NCBI GenBank assembly: GCA_016935735.1
Contig: JAFGQK010000119.1
Span: 254-64,253 of the forward strand
Reading direction: 5' to 3'
Origin: Spirochaetales bacterium
GTDB taxonomy: Bacteria > Spirochaetota > Spirochaetia > SZUA-6 > JAFGRV01
DNA: 64,000 bases
Shown: positions 48,004-58,049 of the stretch, piece after piece
Position numbering within the stretch: the stretch's first letter is position 1
Layout of the letters: every line of letters starts with the position of its first letter
Translations under genes and position numbers: made by a program
Notes under the pieces: generated by a model
What the model saw: only the letters and a program-made list of their open reading frames with translations
Database searches by the model: none
Told to the model about the DNA's origin: nothing

Positions 48004-48756
48004 CTATTCCTGATTTTCTGCTATACTCTTAAATAAAGAAGCAACTTTAAAATATTCAAGCCCGGAAAGCCGTTGATTTATATACTTAATATTGCCATGG
48101 AACGCATCTTCAAAGAAAATTCGAATATATAATTTCTTTTTTCTTCTCGTGAAAGCGATTTTCTTGACATCCATATCCAGAAAACCCAAAAAATCAATAA
48201 CAAGAGAACCCTCTATCATTTCATGCATTTCATCCCGTAATTTTAGATAAAGTGTAGCTGCATCTTCTATTTTCTGTATATTGGAAATGATGATATTAAT
48301 ACTTTTATCTATTAATTTCTCATATAATTTATTTATAAAATTATAGACATAACTGGATGTTTCATATTCATTTTTTACGATAAGAATAATATGATCGATG
48401 CATTGATAGAGATGTAAGTATTCCTTTCCCAATTCACCGAAAAGAAATATATTAGAAAAATCATGCTCCATTTCAAAAACATCAGGTATGGATTTTCGTT
48501 TTAATTCGCTTTGTAATTGTTTAAAATTAATCACCGGAATTTCCATATCTGTATAATAATCAAAAACCGGACATTTTTTTTGTTTCTTATCCATTTTGAC
48601 CAGTTTTTCAGTGAATGGGAAATAACCATAGACATGATTAATAAGAAGGGAATTCTCCCCTTTTAACTTCTGATGGTATAAAAGGTTTTCTATAAACAGG
48701 TTTCTGTTTCTCAAATCTTCATTCCCTGTTATTAAAAAAATCTTTGGTTCATTCAT
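48004..48756 (-). CDS. Degenerate MinD/FlhG(FleN)-like protein
   Basis: C-terminal half 'DHIILIV...SSYVYNFINKL...INIIISNIQKIEDA...L...IDFLGFLDMD' parallels FlhG; the P-loop position reads 'ITGNEDLRNRN'. Confidence 0.55.
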   Translation of the reverse strand: MNEPKIFLITGNEDLRNRNLFIENLLYHQKLKGENSLLINHVYGYFPFTEKLVKMDKKQKKCPVFDYYTDMEIPVINFKQLQSELKRKSIPDVFEMEHDFSNIFLFGELGKEYLHLYQCIDHIILIVKNEYETSSYVYNFINKLYEKLIDKSINIIISNIQKIEDAATLYLKLRDEMHEMIEGSLVIDFLGFLDMDVKKIAFTRRKKKLYIRIFFEDAFHGNIKYINQRLSGLEYFKVASLFKSIAENQE

Positions 48757-48788
48757 ATGACAGGTCCCCTTCGTGATTCACGTAATTT

Positions 48789-50738
48789 CTATACCTTTTT
48801 AAAGAATTCAATAAGTGCATCAATATATCGGATATCAAACTTTCTTCTTCCCATATCCCGCATAACTATGGTTGCAGAAGTAACGGTAAGTTTCTCTTTA
48901 TAAAGCCTTTTACTGGTAAGTGCATCAAAAACATCTGCAACAGCTATTATTTTAGCAAATTCAGGTATCTTATCATCTTTTAAACCGTATGGATATCCTG
49001 TTCCATCATTGCGTTCATGATGATAGATAATGGCATTTTTCACACGATCCGGTAGCTCTGTCTCTTTTTCTTCAAAATATTTAACACCAAGATCCGGGTG
49101 TTGTTGTATACGAATAAACTCTGATTCTGACAGATCCGTGTTATTTTTTATTTTATCCAGGAAATCATTATCATAAAGACAATATCCAAAATCATGAACC
49201 AGTCCAGCAAGAAAGAGCAAATTCAGGTCATCTTTATCCAGTCCAATAACAAGCCCGATACGCCGGGCGTAATTTGCGACATTAAGTGAATGATGGGGAC
49301 GTCCTTCTTTGGTATTTTGCTGTTCTGCCAGGATTATAAGTAAATTGGTATTGGAGAGATCAATACTGTCGCGGGTATTGATAGAAGACTCCGGTTTATC
49401 TACAGTAAGAAGCTTTGTCTGCTTTCTTATTTTCTCTTTTTCCTGTTCAAGGAGTTTGTATGCAAGAACATTAGATTTTTTTTGTAAATAATCATCACCG
49501 GAAGTAAGAAAAGGAAAAAGAACCGGGAAAATAGCACTATAATTAGCGGATGTTCCTCCTTCAATCTTTATTTCCACAAGTTTCAATATCTCTGTTTTTA
49601 ATTCTTTATGAAGAATATCTATATTTTCCCTGACCGTAGCCCATTGAAGATTTCCTGTTTTCATCTGGTTGTGCATTTTTTTAAGACGCTCATAATTAAG
49701 AAGATCCTTGTACATTTCATCATCATCCACTTCTGCAATCTCTTCAAGTTCCGGTTCCAGTTGTTCTCCATCATAACCGAGAAAAAGAGGGTTTGTTTCA
49801 TTTACCGGAGTACCAAGCCCGGAATAATTATTGGTAGCCTGTTTTGCTTTCTGGGCATTCATCCGTCTCCGTTTACTCGATGCACGGACGAAAAGAAATA
49901 TAACAATGACAACCAGGATAATACCAGCTAAAGATGACCCTCCTGCAATTAAAATAAGGTTTAGAGGGGTAAGCTGCTGTTTTTCGAGTTCCACCCGCTG
50001 TTTTTCAAGTTGCATCCTGTACTCTTTCATCTCCTGCAGGACTAATACCAGGCTGTCCTGATTCTGCTCCGGGCTTTCTTCTTCTTTCTCCTGCATTTTC
50101 TTGTACATTACCAGGAGTTCCTCCAGCATCTTAACATCCTGTTTTGAAGTGTCATTTGTCTTTTCTTTTTTAGCATAATCCATCTTCATCTGTTCTATGA
50201 GTTTCTGCTGTCTTGCCAGTTCCTCTCGTAGCTCTTTTTCTACTTCACTCTCATCTGTCCTAGAGGTTTCTTTTGTTTTATCTGAATCGATTACCCTGGT
50301 TAATTCTTTTTCCGCTTCTTCCAGTGTTTCAATAACTTCTTCTTTCCCGGATTTTTCCGGTTCTGTCTGCCGGGCATATTCTTCCTGGATAGTTCCGTCC
50401 TTAAGCCCTTTATACTTTTCCCGGACATCTGCATTATCCGGCCATAACCGGTATGCCTTTTCATAAACGTTAAAAGCTTCATCGAATTTCCCGGATTCAA
50501 TAAGCTGGTTTCCCTTGTCATTTAAAACATCAACAAGAAGCTTTTTTGCTTTAAAGTTTCTTTCATCCAGACCAATAGCTTTATCCAGATCGGAAATAGC
50601 CCCGTCTATATCCCCGGCTTCATATTTTTTCTGTCCTTGCTCATAAAGAGTTTTAGATTCGCTTTTGTCATCTGCACATAACATAAAACAGAAAAAAAGA
50701 AAAAAAATTAATAAAATAACTGGTTTTATTCTATTCAT
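48789..50738 (-). CDS. Periplasmic TPR - coiled coil - TM - cytoplasmic HD-GYP phosphodiesterase
   Basis: Signal peptide, two TPRs, coil, TM; 'HSLNVA', 'LVHDFG', 'QHP', 'HHERNDGTGYP', 'IIAVADVFDALTSKR'. Confidence 0.9.
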   Translation of the reverse strand: MNRIKPVILLIFFLFFCFMLCADDKSESKTLYEQGQKKYEAGDIDGAISDLDKAIGLDERNFKAKKLLVDVLNDKGNQLIESGKFDEAFNVYEKAYRLWPDNADVREKYKGLKDGTIQEEYARQTEPEKSGKEEVIETLEEAEKELTRVIDSDKTKETSRTDESEVEKELREELARQQKLIEQMKMDYAKKEKTNDTSKQDVKMLEELLVMYKKMQEKEEESPEQNQDSLVLVLQEMKEYRMQLEKQRVELEKQQLTPLNLILIAGGSSLAGIILVVIVIFLFVRASSKRRRMNAQKAKQATNNYSGLGTPVNETNPLFLGYDGEQLEPELEEIAEVDDDEMYKDLLNYERLKKMHNQMKTGNLQWATVRENIDILHKELKTEILKLVEIKIEGGTSANYSAIFPVLFPFLTSGDDYLQKKSNVLAYKLLEQEKEKIRKQTKLLTVDKPESSINTRDSIDLSNTNLLIILAEQQNTKEGRPHHSLNVANYARRIGLVIGLDKDDLNLLFLAGLVHDFGYCLYDNDFLDKIKNNTDLSESEFIRIQQHPDLGVKYFEEKETELPDRVKNAIIYHHERNDGTGYPYGLKDDKIPEFAKIIAVADVFDALTSKRLYKEKLTVTSATIVMRDMGRRKFDIRYIDALIEFFKKV

Positions 50739-50986
50739 AGTAAACTAATCCCTGGTTTTATTATTTTAAAAATACCATATGGTATTACCCTTCAAATAAT
50801 ATTATCCATGATAATGATAAACATCTTTAAGAATATAATTGAATAGAATTTTAATATATTGATTTAAGGAAGTCAATAATTTTATATTTTTTTATACTAT
50901 GAAAGAATCAATTTTTTTCTATTGTGTTTGACTTTTGAAAATCCATTTACTACACTTTAAATATTCCAATTAAAAGGGGATATTTT

Positions 50987-51859
50987 ATGCTAAAATCGAA
51001 ATTTTTATTCCTTATCTTTCTTATTATTACATTACCCGGTGGGTGGTGTATAGAAAGAATCACCTTAAAGGAATCCGGTGACCGGTATTCCGGGAATTTC
51101 GTAAAAATGAGTACAAAAAATACTGTATTTCTTCTTTTTAACCAGAGATTTGAGTTTAGTAATGAAGAAATAGAATTCATTAATTTTGAAGACTCCGAAG
51201 ATGAGCTTGAGATCCTTCTTGATGATAATTCCATACTCAAGGGAATGATTGTCGACCAGGATGATGAGTTTTTTACCGTAGGTTCCAGTGCAGGGCTGAC
51301 GACAATTAACAAAATCCGTATATTAGAGATTAAGAATCCGCGATTTGAGGAATTCTATGTGGCAGAGAAACAGCGTACTATGACTGTTCATTTTGGAATT
51401 GAACCGGCTGGTTCACTTGTTCTGAATGATTTCGGGACTTCATATCAACCTTACGGAAGTCTTGCTGCATATTTTGAGATGGATTTTGGACTCCCTGTAT
51501 TTTTCGGCATAGATATCCATGCTTTTCTGAATATAGCGCAGTTTGGAGATACGGAGGATTTTCTGCTTGTCACCCCCATTCATGTATACCTAAAATACCA
51601 GGATATACTTTTAGGTATGAAGCAATTATTATGGAGTATAAAGTGTGGAGTTGGGTGTGCGCCACTCATTTTTATGGAAACTGGTGAGGGAAATACAAGT
51701 TTTGGTATTGCTTTCAGCCAGATTGCCGATCTTGGAGTGAAATATAAGCTTTCGGACAATTTATCCCTTGGCGGGAATGCCAGGACAAACCTGGTTGTAG
51801 AACGAACCTCCTGTATTCTTACTCAATCCATAGGGATTGTTGTAGAGTTTAATTTATAA
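50987..51859 (+). CDS. Outer-membrane beta-barrel protein with two small N-terminal beta-repeat domains
   Basis: Signal peptide; repeated 'I.L..G....G..V' modules; C-terminal ~150 aa of alternating amphipathic strands ending 'GIVVEFNL'. Confidence 0.6.
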   Translation: MLKSKFLFLIFLIITLPGGWCIERITLKESGDRYSGNFVKMSTKNTVFLLFNQRFEFSNEEIEFINFEDSEDELEILLDDNSILKGMIVDQDDEFFTVGSSAGLTTINKIRILEIKNPRFEEFYVAEKQRTMTVHFGIEPAGSLVLNDFGTSYQPYGSLAAYFEMDFGLPVFFGIDIHAFLNIAQFGDTEDFLLVTPIHVYLKYQDILLGMKQLLWSIKCGVGCAPLIFMETGEGNTSFGIAFSQIADLGVKYKLSDNLSLGGNARTNLVVERTSCILTQSIGIVVEFNL

Positions 51860-51879
51860 ATGAAAGGAGGTAACATTCC

Positions 51880-53373
51880 ATGAAGATCAAATATAACCAA
51901 AATATATGTGTTGGTGTAACCCTCTTTTTATTAATGCTGATTGGAAATTCATGCACGGATATAATCAATTATGCATGGGGTAAAGGTACAGGATTCAGTA
52001 TATGTGATGATCTTATTGTCATAGATTTTATAGCATCCCGGGGAATAAATAACCGGGAAGTTGTGCTTACCTGGAAAAATCCTACAGATAGGAACTTTTA
52101 TAAAGTCCGGTTATTAAGAAAGGTGGATGCCTATCCCACCGGGCCACGGAATTCCGAGGCAACGGTTCTCTATTATGGGACAAATGAGAAATATACTGAT
52201 TCCGGTTTAACCCCGGATACATCATACTATTACGCTATATATTCGGAAAATACCAGCCATGACTATTCTGCCGGAAATTATACGAACAGGACAATTAACG
52301 AAACCGAGGTCGATATTAGAAAACGGTCTTTCTTTCTTGTCGGCGGGTCCAGTAATAAAGCTGCCCCGACCACAAATCTTGTTTCCGGTGTGGATATGTT
52401 CGATCCCCTGGAAGAAACATTGTATTCAGCGGTAACGACTCTCCCTAATCCGAGGGTATTCTGTGACATAGCGTCCGTGGATAATAAAATATATGTATTC
52501 GGCGGGAAAGATGACAGCGACCTTGTTGATATTGTCGACGTCCTTGATGTGGAAAACCTTACCTGGACAGAGACGACTGATCCAATGCCCGCAGCCAAAT
52601 GCGGTCTAAAAGTGTTTACGTGGAACAATAAAATATACTGCATGGGCGGGTCAACCGCAACAGACGCTACAGGAGCGAATACGGCCGATGCATTGAATAC
52701 CTATATTTACCTTCCGGTAAGTGATGCATGGCTTACCCAGGATGATAATCTTTTTAGGGACGTTAATGGGGCACGGTGTACTTTTGATGCAGTGGTATAC
52801 AATGGGATGATCTATTACTACGGCGGGGTTGACCAGGCAGGGACATATCAGAGAAACGGGTATTATATTAATATTTTGACAAATCAGGAAGGTACCACTA
52901 TTGGTACAGGATTTTCAAATACATATATGCTTGGGGCATCAGCTTCACTCTACCATAAAGAACTGGACAATGGGGAAGAGGTAATATTTTACCTTCGAAT
53001 GGGAGGGAGTGGTGATCCTGCAGAAACCGGGCTGCCGGCTGTAAATATAGCGAATCTTGAAAATTATAACCAGGCTTATGTGTGTTTTATCCCCAATTTA
53101 AATGGGGGAACTCCTGCCGGTTACTCTGTGTATCCCAAAGACGGCCCTAATACCGGCATTGAAAATTTTACAAACAGAATGTATGCAGGCTGTGATTACT
53201 ATGGGGATTACATATATATCTTCGGTGGGATTACTGCAGGGGGAGGTGTGGATACCGGTATTCTGAAACTTGATGTTAAGGACGGCGCACTGACATATGC
53301 ATCGTGGTCTGTACTGACAACCTCATTAGGTACTGCCAGATATGGTTTTGGAATAACAAAAGTAACTGAGTAG
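51880..53373 (+). CDS. Lipoprotein, FN3-like + Kelch beta-propeller
   Basis: Lipobox 'IGNS-C'; 'VVLTWKNP...YTDSGLTPDTSYYYAIYS'; Kelch 'KIYVFGG', 'KIYCMGG', 'IYYYGG', 'YIYIFGG'. Confidence 0.85.
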   Translation: MKIKYNQNICVGVTLFLLMLIGNSCTDIINYAWGKGTGFSICDDLIVIDFIASRGINNREVVLTWKNPTDRNFYKVRLLRKVDAYPTGPRNSEATVLYYGTNEKYTDSGLTPDTSYYYAIYSENTSHDYSAGNYTNRTINETEVDIRKRSFFLVGGSSNKAAPTTNLVSGVDMFDPLEETLYSAVTTLPNPRVFCDIASVDNKIYVFGGKDDSDLVDIVDVLDVENLTWTETTDPMPAAKCGLKVFTWNNKIYCMGGSTATDATGANTADALNTYIYLPVSDAWLTQDDNLFRDVNGARCTFDAVVYNGMIYYYGGVDQAGTYQRNGYYINILTNQEGTTIGTGFSNTYMLGASASLYHKELDNGEEVIFYLRMGGSGDPAETGLPAVNIANLENYNQAYVCFIPNLNGGTPAGYSVYPKDGPNTGIENFTNRMYAGCDYYGDYIYIFGGITAGGGVDTGILKLDVKDGALTYASWSVLTTSLGTARYGFGITKVTE

Positions 53374-53383
53374 GAGGTAAAGG

Positions 53384-54865
53384 ATGCGAAAAGAATATAT
53401 TGTCATTATCATTGTTATGAGTATTTTCATACTTGCCATATCATCGTGCAACGATCTTTTGAGTACAGCTGCAGATGCGGATCCATCAAATCTTTCAAAA
53501 GAAACGGTCTCAAACTTTACCTCTGTGGTCGGTACAAACAGCATTACCCTTACCTGGAGAAACCCGGCAGCCTCTTCATTTTCAGAAGTGAGTATTTTTA
53601 GGAAAACAGGCGGGTTTCCAATATCCGCTTTGGATTCCACAGCAACCGTTATATATACAGGATCAGGTTCTTCCTATGAAGATGAAGATGTTTCAACCGG
53701 GAATACTTATTATTACGCTATTTTTACCAGGAATTCGGCTGGTATCTATTCTGAATATGGTGCACGGTCAGTAAAATCTTTTGTATCATTCAATTATGCT
53801 ATTCGTCAGCGTTGTTTCTATCTGATCGGGGGCTCCTCTGCCTATACTGCGGCAGATCCCTTTGCAAACTTTATTATGGAAATCGATGCCTTTGATCCTG
53901 AAACAGATACAATCTATAAAAATATTGCAACACTGCCGAGGCCAAGGTATGGATGTGCAGTTGCCTCTGCAAACGGCAAGATATACATCTTCGGAGGGCT
54001 TAATGCCAACCGGCAGACGATCGCCAAAGTTGATGTGTTGAATGTACTCTCACCGTACTGGCCCAACGACGTCTGGTCTGCCACAACGGATATGCCGCTT
54101 CCCCGGTATTCCCTGCGAGCTGAAAATGTAAACGGAAAACTATATGTTTTCGGCGGCAGCACTAATTCCGGTATACCATTTCAGGGAATTACGAACATAA
54201 ACCACAAATTTAATCCGGATAAACAGACCTGGTTAACACATGAAAGTGAAACACCGTTACTATATTATCCATTTATGAACTTTGGAAGCGGTGCATATGA
54301 TGGGACGATTGTTTATGGCGTTGGCTGTTATACGAATGTTGGAGGTTATACCCGGAATTTTTATATTCATAATATGGCATCTGATTTTTATACACAAATA
54401 GCAGATACTGATATAAATGCTTATCCTGTGCCGGCGAGTGTCCTGTTTCACAAGGTATTATCTGATAACACCGACAGACTACTCTATTTTGTATTGGGTG
54501 GTGCAAGTGTCACTTCTGCTTATCTGGAACCATTACGTCAGACAAATGGCAATCCACTGGAATCCGTGAATAACAGTTATTATTTTAAACTGACAGACGG
54601 GATGTTGGATGCAAATGACGGGGCATTAACCGGTGCTTATACAATGAACCAGACGAGGGCATATGCCCAGGCAGAATATTACGGGGATTATATTTACGTC
54701 TTTGGCGGGATTGCAAACGGAGGAATCACTCCATTGGATTCGTATGAAAAATTACAAATTCCTGATAATCTCAACTTTGCCCTGCCGGATTGCACCGGCT
54801 GGGAAGGTCCGACAACCGGTTTAAATGCCAGATATGCATTTGATATTACGAGGGTCAATAATTAG
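53384..54865 (+). CDS. Lipoprotein, FN3-like + Kelch beta-propeller (paralog of the upstream gene)
   Basis: Lipobox 'AISS-C'; 'ITLTWRNP...YEDEDVSTGNTYYYAIF'; Kelch 'KIYIFGG', 'KLYVFGG', 'YIYVFGG'. Confidence 0.85.
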   Translation: MRKEYIVIIIVMSIFILAISSCNDLLSTAADADPSNLSKETVSNFTSVVGTNSITLTWRNPAASSFSEVSIFRKTGGFPISALDSTATVIYTGSGSSYEDEDVSTGNTYYYAIFTRNSAGIYSEYGARSVKSFVSFNYAIRQRCFYLIGGSSAYTAADPFANFIMEIDAFDPETDTIYKNIATLPRPRYGCAVASANGKIYIFGGLNANRQTIAKVDVLNVLSPYWPNDVWSATTDMPLPRYSLRAENVNGKLYVFGGSTNSGIPFQGITNINHKFNPDKQTWLTHESETPLLYYPFMNFGSGAYDGTIVYGVGCYTNVGGYTRNFYIHNMASDFYTQIADTDINAYPVPASVLFHKVLSDNTDRLLYFVLGGASVTSAYLEPLRQTNGNPLESVNNSYYFKLTDGMLDANDGALTGAYTMNQTRAYAQAEYYGDYIYVFGGIANGGITPLDSYEKLQIPDNLNFALPDCTGWEGPTTGLNARYAFDITRVNN

Positions 54866-54929
54866 GAATCAGAGTATGATATATAATTACCCTGAACATG
54901 CAACATATTCATGTTACTAAATATATACT

Positions 54930-55658
54930 ATGCATGATTTATTTGATAAAATTCAGGTTATCCTGGTACACCCGCGGTCTTCAAGGAATATCGGTGCAGT
55001 GTGCAGGGCCATGAAAACCATGAATATCCATACCCTTTCTATAATAAAGGGGGGAACTATCGATCCGGTAGAGGTAAAACATCTTGCTGTTCATGCATAT
55101 GATATTTTTGAAAAAGCTACTGTTTACGATAATCTGGAGGATGCTTTACCTGATGTTTCCCTTATTGCCGGCATAAGCCGGAGAAGGGGTAAAAAACGAA
55201 AATATTTTGCCATAACACCGGAGGAACTGGCGGAAAAAATCGCGCAGAATAGCGGGAAAACAGCCCTGGTATTCGGAAATGAAGAATCCGGCCTTACGGA
55301 AAAGGAACTTTCGTATTGTCACCTGGCAGTAAAAATACCATCATCACCGCTTTTCCCTTCCCTTAACCTGTCACATGCAGTTCAGATTATTACCTACCAG
55401 GTATTCAGGGCTCTCTCAAAATCCGCTTTCCCTCTTTATACCCCGATTAATCATGCACAGCTTACATCGCTTACCGGAATAATTATAAAATCGCTCAAAA
55501 ATATCGGTTTTTTTTCCCGGGGAGATCCGGAGGAGTTGAGTTTGTTTTTTAAAGATATTCTTGGCAGATCGCAATTATCCGGGAGAGAAGCCCGGCGTCT
55601 TGAAGTGATATTCAGAAAGATTAGCGGCCTTATTGCAAAAAAGGGCATCAAATCTTGA
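54930..55658 (+). CDS. trmJ: SPOUT tRNA/rRNA methyltransferase, TrmJ/LasT family
   Basis: 'NIGAVCRAMKTM', 'ALVFGNEESGL', 'PSLNLSHAVQI'. Confidence 0.88.
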   Translation: MHDLFDKIQVILVHPRSSRNIGAVCRAMKTMNIHTLSIIKGGTIDPVEVKHLAVHAYDIFEKATVYDNLEDALPDVSLIAGISRRRGKKRKYFAITPEELAEKIAQNSGKTALVFGNEESGLTEKELSYCHLAVKIPSSPLFPSLNLSHAVQIITYQVFRALSKSAFPLYTPINHAQLTSLTGIIIKSLKNIGFFSRGDPEELSLFFKDILGRSQLSGREARRLEVIFRKISGLIAKKGIKS

Positions 55659-55700
55659 CGATACGCCCTGAAAATACTAAGATAACCCTATAGAAGGAGA

Positions 55701-56546
55701 ATGTCTGCTATGAAAAAAATCGTTTTCTTATTCTGGTTTATCACTCCTTTCTTCCTTATCTTGAATCTCTGGGGCATATCTTTAAGTGATTTTGACAGGG
55801 TTGTCGATTTTTCCATATCCCTGGAGGAGATGGGTGATGCACTTGAAACAACTGATTATTCCCTTATAAATAAAGATAAATTCGTCATTTTAAATGGAAT
55901 TGCAGCTGTCATCCAGCCTGAAAAATCTTATTTTTTCCTGCTGAATCCGGAAGATTTTACAGATCAATCGTCATTTATCAATAGATTAGGCAAGGCCAGA
56001 GATAAAGTATCCGATTTTCTTTTTTCCCAACTACCACAGGAAATTCAGGAAGAGATAAAAGCATACAGCGGATCTTCTGTACCGGGGAATGATCTTATCA
56101 GGAATATCACAAATGAATTTAAAAAAATCTTCAGGAAAATGAGTATTTTTGAAAAAGAAAGATTTGCAGGTGTCCCCCTTACGGGTGAATTGATTGATCT
56201 GGCACAGAGGAATCTTGCAACAGAAGAAATGGCGTTTGTGAACCGTCTTTTAATGGAAGCGGCATATCCTTCTGAAATAAAAAAAGTGACTGTCCAGATG
56301 GAAATGGTTTATGGGGTCTGGATCGGCTACGATGAAGTGAAGAGTTATAAATGTATTATTGAGTTTCAAGGTCCTGAATGCTTTAAAGTTTTTAAGCGGA
56401 GGGATAAGGATGATGCAAGCCAGGATATGATGATCCAGGTCAATTCCACTGTTTTAATCATTGCAAAAATCTTAAAGCCGTTTTCTACACAGGAGAGGGG
56501 AAAAGGCTGGCTTTTGAAAGGGTTTTATGTAAGAGAAATCCTGTAA
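55701..56546 (+). CDS. Exported hypothetical protein with a helical insert
   Basis: Signal peptide, GAAGGAG RBS; beta-rich N and C parts interrupted by a ~120-aa helical segment. Confidence 0.7.
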   Translation: MSAMKKIVFLFWFITPFFLILNLWGISLSDFDRVVDFSISLEEMGDALETTDYSLINKDKFVILNGIAAVIQPEKSYFFLLNPEDFTDQSSFINRLGKARDKVSDFLFSQLPQEIQEEIKAYSGSSVPGNDLIRNITNEFKKIFRKMSIFEKERFAGVPLTGELIDLAQRNLATEEMAFVNRLLMEAAYPSEIKKVTVQMEMVYGVWIGYDEVKSYKCIIEFQGPECFKVFKRRDKDDASQDMMIQVNSTVLIIAKILKPFSTQERGKGWLLKGFYVREIL

Positions 56547-56564
56547 GACCTCATGAGGTTTTTG

Positions 56565-58049
56565 TTATTGTAATTTAAGGTAATATCCCCAATTCCTTAC
56601 AATATCGAATAGACGGAATTCCCGGGAAGCTTCCGGATAAATAAGATTTGTAAAATTAATAAAGAAAAGAAGTCCTAAAAAAACAGAAAGAAATATATAA
56701 ACAGCAAACTGGGGCAAAGGCCATAGTCCATGGAGCTTTTCCAGTAAAAAGTTTATCACTAAAAAGGCCAAAAACCAGAAAGCGAACATCGGTGCAATCC
56801 AGAACTCTCTGTAATCCGGCTCCCACCAGCAGGCAAAAAGAACATAAATTATCAAAAAGAGGAGGCAGGCGATAAAACTATAGTTATAACGTTTGTAAAG
56901 GAAGACACAGAGAATAACCGTACAAATAAGGATAAAAAAAATGAAAAGAATCACTATATTCGGAAGGATGGCATGCGGGGCGGTAAATGCACTGAAATCC
57001 CAGCTTATTTCCTTCCCGTTTAATTGCCCGGTCTGGTAAAAATAGGTGGTAATACCTTTTACTGCTTTTCCAAACAGGTCTCCTTTTATAAAGCCTTTTC
57101 CCCAGAAATCGATGTTTGTATAGAGTACAATCCAGTTAAAAAAATAGGTGGAACCCTTGATCTGGTTAAAATAACCGGCTTTTGCCGGGTCAAGGGTCAG
57201 TTTAAGAACGACAATCCCGATATAATAATATGCTGCAATAATCGCTATAGCCAGGATAAGGAGATAAAGCAGGAAATATCTTATATTATAAAGCCTGAAA
57301 GTAATAACCGGTTTCTGGACAGTATAAAAATCCTTTTTCTGGAAAATAAAAGATGTTCCTTTTTTTATATATATCCTGTTTGTATATAATGTTTTTGAAA
57401 AAACCATGATAAAAAATATGATAAATGCAAAAATAATATCCGATTGATGAAAAACAAGGACAATGACACTGTGTAAGAGTGCGAGGAGTATAGAAGAGAG
57501 GATCTTGTGTTTTGCCTGGGGAAAATATAAAGCGGTAAAGAAAAGGATAAAAAGGAGTATAGAATGAATAAGCCCCGTGTCATTAATATGGGCATAAATC
57601 CAGACAGCGCAGGAAAACCCGATTAATCCGGTGAACAGAAGTGAAAGCAGATACCGGTGTGAAAAAAAATAGAACAAAAAAAAGACGAGTCCCATACAAA
57701 TAGAAGCTATAATAAGATTCCGCAGTTGAAGAATTCTCATACTGCTCCCGCTGTAGCCGCGGTTTACCATCATCTGATAGAACAACTGGCCCACCCGGTC
57801 AAAGTAAAGATGATGGGGATTATAGAGGAACCGTGGAAGTCCCAATTTTACATAATAATTATAGGTTCTTGCATCTCTTTTTTCATCAAGCCAGTTTGAA
57901 AGGTAATTAAAATTAAAAAAAAGATAAAAAAGAATAATAAGAATGCCAGTGAGAATTGCAACAGGGAATCTGTATGAAGAAAGCTTCCTAAACAGCACTT
58001 TTTGCCTTATCAATAAGCTGGTTGTATTTTTCTTTGATCCGGGGAACAC
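56565..58049 (-). CDS. Polytopic membrane protein, GT-C-like
   Basis: 'DARTY...YNPHHLYF' first loop, many TMs, 'WWEPDYREFW'; true start may be GTG near 57998. Confidence 0.65.
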   Translation of the reverse strand: MFPGSKKNTTSLLIRQKVLFRKLSSYRFPVAILTGILIILFYLFFNFNYLSNWLDEKRDARTYNYYVKLGLPRFLYNPHHLYFDRVGQLFYQMMVNRGYSGSSMRILQLRNLIIASICMGLVFFLFYFFSHRYLLSLLFTGLIGFSCAVWIYAHINDTGLIHSILLFILFFTALYFPQAKHKILSSILLALLHSVIVLVFHQSDIIFAFIIFFIMVFSKTLYTNRIYIKKGTSFIFQKKDFYTVQKPVITFRLYNIRYFLLYLLILAIAIIAAYYYIGIVVLKLTLDPAKAGYFNQIKGSTYFFNWIVLYTNIDFWGKGFIKGDLFGKAVKGITTYFYQTGQLNGKEISWDFSAFTAPHAILPNIVILFIFFILICTVILCVFLYKRYNYSFIACLLFLIIYVLFACWWEPDYREFWIAPMFAFWFLAFLVINFLLEKLHGLWPLPQFAVYIFLSVFLGLLFFINFTNLIYPEASREFRLFDIVRNWGYYLKLQ

